A DNA stretch of 64,000 bases from the NCBI RefSeq assembly GCF_036971445.1, contig NC_091472.1, positions 203,546,001 through 203,610,000 of the forward strand, in the 5' to 3' direction. Every line of letters begins with the position of its first letter. Positions within the stretch are counted from its first letter, which is position 1. The stretch is from Narcine bancroftii. Its lineage: Eukaryota. The notes below the pieces were generated by a model that ran no database searches, had not been told where the DNA came from, and saw only the letters and a list, made by a program, of their open reading frames with translations. Positions 13,116 to 27,121 of this stretch are shown here, in pieces. The translations under genes were made by a program, and so were the position numbers.

Positions 13116-15440
13116 TTTTTTTTTTTTTTATTTTTTATTTTTCACACCATAAATCACATTAGCCATGATATACACTATTTCTTTTTCACACATATACAGT
13201 GACTTTTTCTCCCCCCCCCTTTCCTCCCAAACCACCCCCCCACCCCCCCCCCCCTCTCATCCATTTTAGGTATACAATCTAGGTTGCATTAAGCCAGTCA
13301 GACAATGTTGTCATTCAACAAAATTACACCAGAAATTCTACTGAGTCCATTCTTTTCTTTCCTTCTCCTTCCATCAACTTAGGTAATGTTTGTCCCCGGT
13401 AGGTTTTCGCTATTGTATTTAATGTAAGGCTCCTATACTTGTTCGAATATTTCAATATTATTTCTTAACCTATATGTTATTTTTTCTAATGGAATACATT
13501 TATTCATTTAAATTTAGTAGTTTCTTCCTTTTAATTTGGTTATGTATTCCATTAATATTTAAAGACATATAGTTCAGCGTAGCCCTTTTATATTTTGTTT
13601 ATCTTCTCTTTCCGTTTTTCCATCATTACCTTTCCTCCTTTTCCATTTCTGTTTTCTTATTTTCAACTCTTTATAAGACAACATTCCTACAACATCCAAC
13701 ATTTTCCTTATTCTCCTATTTCTATCTTATTTATCCCCAATCTCCCCTTCACCTCCTGAGTTGTCCTTTATCCCTTGTCGGACAACCACATCTCCCCTCT
13801 CCATTTGGGTTTGCGAATTCACTCGCAAGCGTCATCTGATTTCGCAGTGACCGCAACTCCTCCCCACCCAGCCCCCCCAGAAAAGATTTCACTTTTCATA
13901 TGTAACAAAGGTCACTCTTTTAGTTCCCTCCTTATTCCCTCTATTCCATTTCCTTCCCTTATTAATTCTTGTCTATACTATCTATATTTTCCTCTAAATA
14001 CGGATACATTCATGTATGCACATTATACATATACACTCTTATACCTCTTTACCCACATACATATCAATCGTGGTCATTTTTACTCTCATTACACGTCTTC
14101 ATCCCTCAGTCTATTTTGTAATTGTTCTGCAAATTTTCGTGCTTCTTCTGGATCCGAGAATAGTCTGTTTTGTTGTCCTGGAATAAATATTTTCAATACC
14201 ACTGGATGCTTTAGTATAAATTTATACCCTTTCTTCCATAAAATCGCCTTTGCTGTATTGAACTCCTTTCTCTTCTTCAGGAGTTCAAAACTTATATCTG
14301 GATAAATGAAGATTTTTTGCCCTTTGTACTCCAGTGCTTGTTGCCCTCTCTTTCTTTTTCCATTGTCTTCTCCAGTACCTTTTCTCTTGTAGTATATCTT
14401 AGGAATTTTACTAAAATAGATCTTGGTTTTTGTTGTGGTTGTGGTTTACAGGCCAATGCTCTATGTGCCCTTTCTATTTCCATTTCTTGCTGTAGTTCTG
14501 GACATCCTAGGATCCTAGGGATCCAATCTTTTATAAACTCTCTCATATTCTTGCCTTCTTCATCTTCCTTAAGGCCCACTATCTTTATGTTATTTCTTCT
14601 GTTATAATTTTCCATTATATCTATTTTCTGAGCTAACATATCTTGTGTCTCTATAACTTTTTTATTAGATTCCTCTAATTTCTTTTTTAAGTCCTCTACC
14701 TCCATTTCTACTGCTGCTTCCCGCTCTTCCATCTTGTCCATTCTCTTTCCCATTTCTGTTAAGGTCATATCTATTTTATTCATTTTCTCTTCTGTATTCT
14801 TTATTCTTCTTCTTAAATCATTAAATTCTTGCGCTTTCCATTCTTTAAATGACTCCATGTATTCTTTAATAAGAGAAAGTATATCCTTTATCTTGCCTTT
14901 CCCTTCTTCTTCTATTTCACTGTACTCTTCCTCTTCCTCTTCTTCTTCCTCTGGGTTGGCCATCTGTTGTTTCTTTGTTGCCCTTTTCTTCTCCTCTTTC
15001 TTGTTTTCGTTGTCTTCTGTGTTCTCCTCTTGCTGCAGGTGTTCTGCAGCTGTCATTGCCGGCTGTGGAGATCGACTCCCCAGCTGGTCACCCCTCCCGT
15101 CGGTGTGTTTTTTTGCATGCGCGGTTGCGCACTTTTACTCGGCTCAGCAAGCCATTTTTGTAGTCCACTTTCTACCGACCTGAGGGAGTGGGTTTCTCTC
15201 TCCACCGCGGGCCTCTTCGAACAGGTAAGGCCTTCTCCTTCTTCTTCCGTTGTCTTCTCTTCCTCTCTTCTTACCGTTGATTTCGATTTTTCTTTTTTCG
15301 TCGCCATCTTCTTTCCACCTTTATACTCACTTTTCTTTAATTTTTATTTTTGTGCCTTTGTGTTTTCCTTTGTTTTTTCCGACTTTTCTGGAGAGGGCTG
15401 GGGTTCACCGTCCGGCCACTACTCCATCACGTGACTCCTC
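13116..15440 (-). mobile_element. L1 with almost all of ORF2 deleted (5'UTR-ORF1-spacer-deltaORF2-3'UTR-polyA)
   Basis: ORF1 at about 14090-15307 (frameshifted). The first ~25 codons of ORF2 are joined at about 13510 directly to the last ~40 codons and 3'UTR. Poly(T) at 13116-13142. Confidence 0.85.
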
Positions 15441-15557
15441 AAATAATTTCTATGTTGATTATTGTCTCACTTCAGTGGTTTCAGAAAAAGAAGCAACAAA
15501 TTTTTTATCAAGTTAACAAAGATCTGTAATAAAGGAGGTTTCTTCCTTATGAAATGA

Positions 15558-16095
15558 ATTAACAACTTGATTTAAAGTCAAGAGGCATCCACACTGTAAT
15601 AATGGAATATTCCAGAAGTGTTAGGAACCAGTCTGTGAATTGTGCAGTTTGAAATTGAGCCAAGGTCTGGCCTGTGATCTTGAAAAGATAAGCCAGAGCT
15701 TTGGTAGTAGAATTGGCAGGAAGCCAAGATAATGTTATAGTAAATAACCAGGGATAAGAAAGCTTGTATGCAGAACCACACAGAGACACCCAGATGAAAC
15801 TCTCTTAAGGGGACCAAGATACAAAATTTGTTTACAGCTTCCAGGAACCAGGAGAAGCCAGAGCAAAAGCCAGGTTGCAGTATGAAGAACCAAAGTTGGA
15901 TAAGAAGAAGTCTCGTCAGGCTAAAGATCTCAAAGAACTGTTTGATCATGAGTTGAGCCAGTAAGGCAGATCAACAACACTTGGCAAGAGGTTGGAGCCA
16001 GTAGCCAAAGAAGAAGTGGCTTCAACTAGCAAGCAAGAAGAAAACTCTGTAAAGGCACTACAGGCCTCATTCACTGCTTAAAAGTTAGTGGAACT
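15558..16095 (+). repeat. Second, diverged copy of the BEL 5'/gag segment at about 130-640
   Basis: TTAAC.ACTTGATTTAAAG...GAATATTCCAGAAGTGTTA...CTTAAAAGTTAG is shared with 130-635. Confidence 0.8.
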
Positions 16096-16099
16096 AGAA

Positions 16100-18180
16100 C
16101 AGATATGTTGCATGAAAGAGCCATTGACAGGGTGGAATGGGAATATCTATTTACTGTGTTATAAAAATTTAATTTTGCTCCCCAATTTATCAATTGCATA
16201 AAATGTATATATTTATTTGCTACAGCTTCAGTTTTTACAAACTCAATTAAATCCAAACATTTTAAATTGCATTTTAGAACTAGACAAGACTGCCCTTTTA
16301 ACCATTTGCTATTGAACCTGGTGTTGGAACCTTTAGCCGTGGGCTTTCAATAATTGGATGAAATTTCTGGAATTACAATAGCTGGAGGTGTCCATAAACT
16401 GTCTCGTTTTGCAGATGACATTTTGCTGTATGTATAAAACCCAAATCGATCGATTCCCTCTGTTCAATCTCTTCTTCAGCAATGTTGCCGATTTTCAGGA
16501 TAATAGTTAAATTTGCAGAAAAGTGAGATGTTCATATTGGACTCTTCTAACTCTTTACATTCCTCTTTTCCTTTTAAAATAGTCAATAATCAATTTAATT
16601 ATCTGGGTATTACTGTCACTAGGAAATCTAATAACCTGTATAAGGAAAATTTTCTTACCATACTGAGTCATAATAAGAAGTCCTTGACTCAAATCATGTC
16701 CTTGACAAAGGGAAATTACAGACAGTACCAACAAGGGAGTCAATTTAAATGGCCACAAGAGGGCATTAAATATTTGGGGTAAAGGTAGATAAGGATTTAC
16801 GCAATTTATATAAACTCAATTATCTCCCTTTGCTCCGGAATATTGAGGAGGGCCTTGGTAGAAGGAGAACCCTGCCCATAACTTTGGTGGGCAGAGTTAA
16901 TTGCATTAAAACGAAGGTGATGCCAAAACTACAGTATCTATTTTAGTCCTTTCCCATTTCATTGCCCCAGGGCTTCTTTAAGATGCTCAACAGATGTGTC
17001 AGAAAGTTCCTGTTGAATGGTAAAGTGGCTAGAATCTCCATTGAAATGTTGACTTGGGATTATAAATTAGGAAGTCTGAAATTGCTCGATTTTAAAAAAT
17101 ATTATTGGGCTACTCAGTTTGAGGGAGATGGTACCCCCTCCTGGGCACAAATTGGACTACACATGGTAGGAGAAAAGATAGCAGGAGAGTTTATATATAA
17201 ATGGGACACTAAATTGATATCAAAGCAAACAGATAACCCCATATTAGAACATGTAGTTCAGACGTGGCAAAAAATAAATCAATGTATTGGAATAAAGGTG
17301 GGGATATCTTCTAAAGTGCCCTTGACCCAGAACAAAATAATACCCATGACTCTGGTTAATAAGATCCTGGACACCTGGTGCAGAAGGGGATCAGATATAT
17401 TGAGGATTGTTATGAACAAAGGCAGCTCAGGTCATTGAACAGCTACTGAATAAATATAATTTGTCTAATAAAACTTTCTTCTGTAATCCTCAGCTAAGAT
17501 CTTTCTTAAGGGATAATTTGGGACCATCTATGGCCCTGCCCATGTGTAGTGACATGGAGATTCTAATTCAAAGGGGAATATGCACAAGTTCATCTCTATG
17601 ATGCATCTCTTATTCCAAAATGAGGGTCCGTAGCCAGGCTTACACAGGTTGAGAGAAAGATGGAGATGGACTTGGGCACAACAATCCATGAGGAGTGCTG
17701 GTCAGATTTGTGTCTGGACAGCATGACAGCAGTTATTAATGCCAGGTACAGGTTGGTGCAATACAACTTCCTACCTCAACTATACCTCACACACAAAAAC
17801 TACATAAATCTAAATCAGAAACCTCGGAAATGTGCTTTAGGTATGGTGTGGAGATTGGAACCTTTATCCATTCAACCTGGCTGTGTACAAAGGTGAGATC
17901 CTTCTGGGAGGACTGGGGGCATGTTCTGAAAAAAATTAAAAAGGTGGATTTTCCCCAGGATCTGGAGTTGTGCCTTCTGGGAAACATTATGGACTTGAGT
18001 TTTAAATTGTCCAAATACCAAATTCAATCTGTGAAAGTCACCTTATCAGTAGCCAGGAAATGTTTAGTGGATATATGGAATACACGATACATGATGGAAT
18101 CCCATGCAATTTAAGGAGGAACTCTGACACGTCTGTTAGAGTGTGGCAACCCTGTCTGAAACACATTGGTGTGCAGATAT
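16100..18180 (+). mobile_element. Old L1 ORF2 fragments (RT to C-terminus)
   Basis: TRQDCP, FADDILLY, IKYLG and CFRYGVEIGTFIHSTWLC motifs; heavily mutated. Confidence 0.75.
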
Positions 18181-21100
18181 AATTCTACCCCTTCTGAATA
18201 AAGATGTCAGTTGTGAAATGATTGGGATCAATGAAGGGGGCCGTGGTGCAGATGACGGGCTCTTGTATTTAGTTCCTTATCTTTTGAATATTTTATTTTT
18301 TGTTTTCTATCAATAAAGAAACATCACGGACTCTTCCAGAATATATCAATATCTCCCAGCAATCTACATTCATGTGGTGTTTCTCCCCCTCCAATTCCCA
18401 CCCCCCCCAAAAAAAACCAAGGGAAAGACGGAGAAAAGTAAAAGGAGAGAGGCTGGTTATGGGGTTGAAGCTTTCAGTAAGTGTCCATGGAGGCAATGGG
18501 GCCACCCCCTTATATAATTACTTCCATTAATCCATCTGTTGGTAGATCTCTGTAAGTCTTTTTATAAGGGTGTGGCTCCCGTGCATGTCAGATATAACTG
18601 TCGTATTTTAACAAAAAGTGCTATGTTGGTTTGTAAGATTATAATTTTTTTCCATGGGAATACAGTTATGCATCTCGATCATCCACTTACTGGTATGAAG
18701 AGGGGAGTCAGATTTCAAAGTCACTGCTTGGCTTATTTTTCTTTTGCTCATGGACAAAGAAATAAATATGAATTGAATTTGGAGTTTGGTTAATTTGTAG
18801 CTTATGTTCATAAGGTTATCCAGCAGATACAACATTAGATCCATCGGGAAGGTTACCTTCATTATTCTGGTAAGTATATCAGCTGAATCCTGCCAAAATG
18901 GGGCTACCCCTGCCAATGCCAAGTTGCCAGGATTTTATGGGCATCAATTCATTATGAGTCGGTGATGCCTTTGGCGATATTTCCACTTTCTCTCCAAGTC
19001 ACCTTCAATCTTTTCCAGCATAGGGAGGTAGTTAATTTTTTTTAAATATTTTTTTTATTTAGTAATTCACCATGAACCACATCAGTAAAAATATATAGAA
19101 ATATTCAGCATTAAAATATACACAGTGACATTTCCATTTCCCACCCTCCCCACCTCCTATAACTTAAAGAAAGAAGAAGAAATAAATAAACAATAGAAGA
19201 ACACAAAAGAGAAGAAAAAGAAATCGTGTCAACCAAAAATTCCATATTTAAGTATTGTTGTACCTGTAACACCTCTTGAAGAGATGGAGGTCTGAAATCG
19301 GCAGTTTCTAATATAAACTATGTATGGTTCCCAAATTTGTTCAAATAAAGTGTAATTGTCTTTTAGATTGTAGGTAATTTTTTCTAATGGAATACACTTG
19401 TTCATTTCTATGTACCGTTAATGTATTTTTAAGGTTGCCTCCGTTTTTCACGTTATCATTATGCATTTTTTTGCTACTGCAAGTGCAATCATAATAAATC
19501 TTTTTTGACCCCTTTCTAATTTTAGACCTAATTCTCTATCTTTTATGTTGTTTAACAGGAAGATTTTTGGCTCTTTTGGCATCCTATTTTTTGTAATTCT
19601 ATTTAATATTAGGTTTAAATCCTCTTCAAAAAGTTTTCACTTTCATACATGTCCAAATTGCATGTAATATTGTTCCAATTTCTTGTTTACAATGGAAGCT
19701 TTTGTCCGATATTGTTGGATTCCATTCTTTTAACCTTTGAGGTGTAACATACAGACTATGGATCCAATTGTATTGTATCATACGAAACTGAGTATTTATT
19801 GTATTAATCATGGTACCTGCACATAGTTCCTTCCATGGTTAATTCTTTATTTGTATATTGAAATCTTTTTCCCAACCTTGTTTGGGTTTGTACATTGCTT
19901 CATCATTTTCCTTGCATTGCAGTTTGCTGTAAATATTTGTGATAATTTTTTTTGCTATCACAGTGTCTGTAATTAAGTAATCTTAGACTAGTTCCCAACT
20001 TTTCTTTTAAATAAGTTTTCAACTGATAGTATGAAAATATTTTACCATGTGATATTCCATATTCATTTTTTAACTGTTTAAATATCAATGTTATTTCCCA
20101 AAAAAACAATCCTTTATTCTTTTAATTCCTCTTCACGTCCATCCCTTAAAAAATAAATCGTCCATTGTAAATGAGTTTTGCGTGAGTAACATTTTTGGTA
20201 TTTGATAATTTATTATCTTTTGCTCTAGATGTATTCTCTTCCATGTTTTTATTATATGATGTAGTATTGCTGAATTGTTGTGTTGCACCAGTTTCTCATC
20301 CCATTTATAGAGTAAATGTTCTGGGACTTTTTCTCCTAATTTGTATAATTCTATCTTGAGCCTAGCCGGTTTTTCTCCCATCTGATAAAATTCTTAACTG
20401 TGGAGCCTTGTAATAGTTTTTGAAATTTGGTAATTGTAGTCCTCCTTGTTTATACACCCATGTTAACTTTTCCAGAGCCACTCTTGATTTTTTCCAAAGC
20501 CACCCTTTCAGAGAAACTTTCTTATTAGTTAATTTAATTTCATTTTTTAAAATTCCCCTGTCAAGGGAATTGGTAGTGTTTGGAACAGATATTTTAGCCA
20601 TGAAAACACATTCATCTTGATACAATTTACTCTCCCTATTAGAGTTAGTGGTAAATCTTTCCATTTCTCTAAATCTTCCTGTATTTTTTTTATTTTACAA
20701 ATGTTATATAAATGTTTTTTTTAATACAAATGTTTAAATTATTATCTATTCTGATACCTAGGTAATGTATGACCTGTGATTGCCATTTAAAAGGGGATTC
20801 CCTTTTACATTTTGTATAATCGACTTTGTTCATTGGCATCGCTTCACTTTTATCAATATTAACCTTGTATCCTGATAATGCCCCATATTCTTTCAATTTT
20901 GTATATTACCTTTATATTGATTTATCCAGGTCCGTTAAATATACTATAACATCATCTGCAAATAAGCTCATTTTAAATTCTTCCTCTTTTACTTTTATTC
21001 CCTTTTTCGTAGGTTCTTTTCTTATCAGCTCTGCCAATGGCTCTATAGCCAAAACAAACAGGGAAGTTGATAATGGTCATCACTATCTTGTTGATTTACT

Positions 21101-24100
21101 CAATTTAAAATGGTCTGAAGCATGCATTTGTTACCACTTTTGCCAAAGGTTCATTACACAATGCTCTAATCCACTTAATAAATGTTTCCAGTAATTTGAA
21201 TTTGAATTTGAATAATTGTAATTAGGGTAATTCAATGTTTGACAAAAACTCATCTATTTTGTTATTCTTCCCTGGGTTTTCAGTTTGATACAATTGCTTA
21301 TAATTTTTTTAAAAATTTCCATGAATCTCTAATGGGTTTATATGAGATCTGTTTATCCACCTTCCTTGTTGCTAAGATAATTCTTGTTGCTTGCTCTGTT
21401 TTTCATTGCCAAGCCAATATTTTGTGGGTTTTCTCTCCTAATTCATAATATCTTTGCTTTGTTTTCATAATGTTTTTCTCCACTTTATATGTAATGTATC
21501 ATATTTTTTTTCTCTGTCAATTCTCTCTTTTTCTCAATATCTTCCTTCCTCATTAAATCTTTCTCTATAGTTACTACCTCTTATTCCAACTGTTCTATTT
21601 CCCAATTATATTCTTTTTTAATTTTAGTCATGTAACTAACTATTTGTCCCCTAATAAAGGCCTTCATTGCATCCCTTAATATAAATGTGGCTGTTACAGA
21701 ATTTGCATTTGTCTCAAAATATATTTTCGTTTATGTATTCCCGAAAGTCTTGCCTTTTTAACAATATAGGGTTTAGCCTCCATTTATATGTTTTTGGTGG
21801 AATATCCTCTAAATAATTTCTCAATAACAAGGGTAAGTGGTCTAATAAAAGTCTTTCGAACTCTCCCCTGAATCTGAGCTGACAACAAGAACATGCCTAT
21901 CCTAGAATAGGTTTTTATGTCTGTTTAAATAATATGAATACTCTCTTTCTTTTGGGTGTTGTTTTCTCCATATATCAATTATATTCATATCATGCATTGA
22001 GTTCAATGTAAATTTAGCTGTTTTATTATTTATAGTTGACTTCCCAGTTTTATCTATTGATGAGTCAAGGTTAAAATTAAAGTCCCCCCTAGTAAAATGT
22101 TCGTGAGTGTCTGCTTTCTTTTAAAAAATGCCCTGCATAAATTCCTGGTCATCTTCATTAGGTGCATAAATGTTCAACAAATTCCAAGATTCTGAATAAA
22201 TCTGGCACATCATCATTATGTATCTACCCACTGGGTCTGTTATTACTTCCTTTATCTTAATTGGAAGATTCTTATTAACTAATATAGCAACTCCCCGAGT
22301 TTTTGAGTTGTGTGATGATGCCACTACATGACCTATCCAGTCTCTCTTCAGTTTGTGATGTTCTAACTCAGTTAAGTGTGTTTCTTGTATAAATTCTTTG
22401 TCTATTTTCTCCTTTTTAAGTAGTGTCAGTAACTTTTTTCTCTTAGTTTGATTGTGAATTCCATTAATATTAATAGTCATATGGTTCACTGCACTCATCT
22501 TACCCATCCATTTTCACCTCTCCCACCTCTTCAACCCCTCCATCTCCTTTCTTCCAAAATCACTCTTACATTGTTCTTTCTCTTTACTATACATGATGAC
22601 ACAACTAGCAGGAACATAACAAAAACCATAAGAAAACCAAAAAATACTATTAAAAAAACAACATTAAATCCCCCTTCACTGAGTTGCTCTTGCCACCTCA
22701 CAAGACAATCACAACTCCCTTTTCTATGTGGATTGCAGTATTAACCACAAATGTCAACAGATTTCACAGTGGACAGATCCTCCCCCCTCCCCAGCCCTCC
22801 CCCAGAGAAATCTATTTATTATTCTTAAAAATATAACAAAGCTTTTTTTAACCTCTTTTTTCTTAAACATCTGTAATCAAACTTGTAACATTCCAACATT
22901 TTGATAGACGTTATTTTAACCATCCTTTTATTATTTCCTTCACTCCTCTTCTTGTTGCTTATTTGGTAATTGGTCTGCAAAGTGATGAGCTTCCTCTGGA
23001 TCTGAAAACAATCTATTTTGCCCACAAGGGATGAATACCTTCAACACTGCTGGATGTTGCAACACAAAGTTATAACCTTTTTTCCATAGTAGCGTTTTTG
23101 CTAAATTAAATTCCTTTCACTTCTTTAAAGGTTCAAAGCTAATATCTGGATTAAAAAAATCCCATTGTACTACAATGGTTCCTTATTTTCTTTCATTCTT
23201 TTCATTGCTATTTCCAATATTTTCTCTCTCGTTGTATATCCTAGTAGTTTAATTAGTATGGATCATGGTTTCTGATGTGGCTGCAGCTTTGGCGTCAATG
23301 CTCTTTGGGCTCTTTCAATTTCTATTTCTTCTTGGAGTTCTTCCACTCCCAAGATCTGTGGGATCCATCTTTTTATAAATCCTTTTATATCTGCCCCTTC
23401 TTCATCCTCTTTCACGCCCACTATTTTTATATTATTATGTCTGCTGAAATTCTCTGAAATGTCAATTTTATGGGCCAATAAGTCGTGTCTTCATAATCTC
23501 ATCTCTATCTTCCAGTTTTTCTTTTAACTCATTCACTTCCATTTCTATGCCTATCACTGTCTTCCACTTCATCATTTCACTTTCTCATGTCTGCCATAAC
23601 ATTCTCTATTCTTTGTATTTTTACATGTCTTTTTAATAGTACTGAACTCAGCCATTATTGTTTCCATTAGAATCTTTATTTGACCGTCAAAGTATTCCTT
23701 ATCTGCCATCTGCATCTGTTTTTTACCTTGCATTTTTTCTTGTATGTCTTTATCTTCCTCTTGATTTTCTTTCTCTTACTCCACTTCTTGGCTCCATGTT
23801 GATCTTGCTTCTATTGTTGTCTTCTCCATGGTTTCTCCCATTACAGAGTCAGGATCTTGGAGGGCGTGGCAAGATGGCATAGGAAGAGGACATGTGAAAC
23901 CACCTCTCCCCAGCTGAATAATTAATGCCCGAAAATTAAAGTCAGTTAAAACATTTAAAACTTTTTCTAAATAAGTTTAAGATATAAATACAGCAACTAC
24001 GAAGAGATTAAAAGCTCAATCTGGGAAGAAAACATATTTTAAAAGAGCTGAAAGTGTGGAAGAGTTGAGGCCTACCTTCCAGAAGGATCCACGAGTTTCA

Positions 24101-26742
24101 ATTTTGGAAGCCCTGAAGACGCAGAGGACTATCCAGGCCAAGATCTCTGTTACGCCAGTGCTCTCCTTGTGTTTAACAATGCAAGATGGCGCCAGCACGG
24201 TGAGCCCTGCTTCAGGGGGGGGCGTGAATATGACACAGGACATGCGCCTGCAAACGCGACCCTGATCACGTTGGTGAGGCCGGCAGCGTGATGACCGCTA
24301 ATGCAGGGTAAGAGGATTTGTGCCTTCGGGCCCTAACTGAACTGGGCATGCACAGCGAGCCACGCATGCGCACCACAACCGACTGGACCCAGACTGCGGG
24401 AACGGTCACCCTCTGCCGGGCCGACAATTTGAGGGGAGGTGGTTAAGACCCACAGTCAAATGGGATGGGCCAAAATAGTGGGGTGGATACAGAAGAAGAG
24501 GAAGAAGAAGCAGCAATACTGCAGGCTGCAAGAATCAATCATAGAAGTGTGAGAGATAATAGAATATAGGAAGTAAAGCTAGTATGAATGAAATAAGGAA
24601 TACTAGACGAGACTAGAGGAAGTTAAGTAAGTGTGAGTAGGGATGAATTCTGATAAGAGTGTGAGGAAGGGTTACGCAAGTATAATAGAATAAGGGTCTT
24701 ATAGTGATAGACAGAATTAGCAAGTTCTGCATATAGAAATAGTAAGTCCTGGGGGTTGAGATGTGTGAATAAGGACAAAGGCAGATTCATGAATAAGGGA
24801 CCCAGACAGGATGGGACCCAGACAGGATACCCCATGGTCTTTCAAGTTTACAGAAACTGGGCTCATAGGCAGACAGAATTCTTTTTTTTTGCGGCTGACA
24901 AGTCCGATGCGGGACAAGCAGACATGGTTGCAGCGGTTGCAGGGGAAAATTGGTTGGTTGGGGTTGGGTGTTGGGTTTTTCCTCCTTTGTCTTTTGTCAG
25001 TGAGGTGGGCTCTGCGGTCTTCTTCAAAGGAGGTTGCTGCCCGCCGAAATGTGAGGCGCCAAGATGCACGGTTTGAGGCGTTATCAGCCCACTGGCGGTG
25101 GTCAATGTGGCAGGCACCAAGAGATTTCTTTAGGCAGTCCTTGTACCTTTTCTTTGGTGCACCTCTGACACGATGGCCAGTGGAGAGCTCGCCATATAAC
25201 ACGATCTTGGGAAGGCGATGGTCCTCCATTCTGAAGACGTGACCTACCCAGCGCAGTTGGATTTTCAACAGCGTGGATTCGATGCTGTTGGCCTCTGCCA
25301 TCTCGAGCACTTCGATGTTAGGGATGAAGTCGCTCCAATGAATGTTGAGGATGGAGCGGAGACAATGCTGGTGGAAGTGTTCTAGGATCCGTAGGTGATG
25401 CCGGTAGAGGACCCATGATTCGGAGCCGAACAGGAGTGTGGGTATGACAACGGCTCTGTATACGCTTATCTTTGTGAGGTTTTTCAGTTGGTTGTTTTTC
25501 CAGACTCTTTTGTGTAGTCTTCCAAAGGCGCTATTTGCCTTGATGAGTCTGTTGTCTATCTCGTTGTCGATCCTTGCATCTGATGAAATGGTGCAGCCGA
25601 GATAGGTAAACTGGTTGATCGTTTTGAGTTTTGTGTGCACGATGGAGATGTGGGGGGGCTGGTAGTCATGGTGGGGAGCTGGCTGACTTCAGGCTGACTT
25701 CCAGGCCAAACATTTTGGCAGTTCCCGCAAAACAAGACGTCAAGCGCTGAAGAGCTGGCTCTGAATGGGCAACTAAAGCGGCATCATCTGCAAAGAGTAG
25801 TTCACGGACAAGTTGCTCCTGTGTCTTGGTGTGAGCTTGCAGGCACCTCAGATTGAAGAGACTGTCATCCGTGCGGTACCGGATATAAACAGCGTCTTCA
25901 TTGTTGAGGTCTTTCATGGCTTGGTTCAGCATCATGCTGAAGAAGATTGAAAAGAGGGTTGGTGCGAGAATGCAGCCTTGCTTCACGCCATTGTTTTTTT
26001 TTAAATTTTTTTATTTTTCACACCATTAATCACATTAACCATGATACACATTTTTTCCTTTTCACACATATACAATGTCATTTTCTCCCCCCCCCTTCTC
26101 CCCTCCCACCCTCCCCACCTCCCCCCCTCCCGTCCATTTAAGGTATAAAATCTAGGATACATTAAACCAGTCAGACAATGTTGTCATTCAATAAAAATAC
26201 ACCAGAAATTCCACTGAGTCCATTCTTTTCATTTCCTTTTCCTTCCGTTAACTTAGGTAGTGATTGTCCCCGGTAGGTTTTCGCTATTGTGTTTAATATA
26301 AGGCTCCCGTATTTGTTCGAATATTTCAATATTATTTCTTAAACTATATGTTATTTTTTCTAATGGAATACATTTATTCATTTCTATATACCATTGTTGT
26401 ATTTTCAAATTATCTTCCAATTTCCAGGTTGACATAATACATTTTTTTGCTACGGCTAGAGCTATCTTAACAAATCTTTTTTGTGCATCCTCCAAATCAA
26501 TTCCAAATTCTTTGTTTTTTATGTTACTTTGGAGAAAGATCTCTGGATTTTTTGGTATATTGTTTTCTGTTATTTTATTTAATATCTGATTGAGATCTTC
26601 CCAAAATTTTTCTACTTTTTCACATGTCCAGATTGCATGAATTGTTGTTCCCATTTCTTTTTTACATCGAAAACATCTATCAGATACTGTTGGGTCCCAT
26701 TTATTTAACTTTTGAGGTGTAATGTATAGCATGTGTAACCAG

Positions 26743-27121
26743 TGTAAAGTAAAAGTGTAAGGTCTGCTTTGTTCATGAATGAATGAGTCAAACACCAGAC
26801 TGAGTCGAAATCAAGGTTCTTTGTTCTTTATTGCCGGATTGTAACACTTGCAACTAACAGTGTTAGTTGGAGAAGGCGCATTCTGCCGTTATCAGCAAGT
26901 GGTGTTTTTTTTATACCTCAGGATACGTACTTAGTAAATTATCATACCATGACATTGTCCAATGAATAAACTGTTGCTATCCTTCTCTGTTAGTCTGCTG
27001 CACATCATTCTTGTTAGTGCAAAATTTATCTTGAGTGTACAAGGTCACATCTGCATTCTGTTACTCCTTAGTACTGGGTGACTCCTTCTCCGGTCCCATC
27101 TCATGATGTTTTTACCTTACA
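26743..27121 (-). mobile_element. Solo LTR (379 bp) inserted in L1 ORF2
   Basis: TGTAAAG...CCTTACA termini; 4-bp TSD CCAG (26739-26742 / 27122-27125). TATAAAA and AATAAA on the minus strand. Confidence 0.85.

Larger units (their letters stand above)
7882..15440 (-). mobile_element. Composite L1 insertion (ORF2-deleted copy fused to a 5'-truncated copy) under one TSD
   Basis: 11-bp TSD AAATAATTTCT at 7871-7881 and 15441-15451. Poly(T) tracts at about 7883-7905 and 13116-13142. 5' end GAGGAGTCACGTGATGG. Confidence 0.9.
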
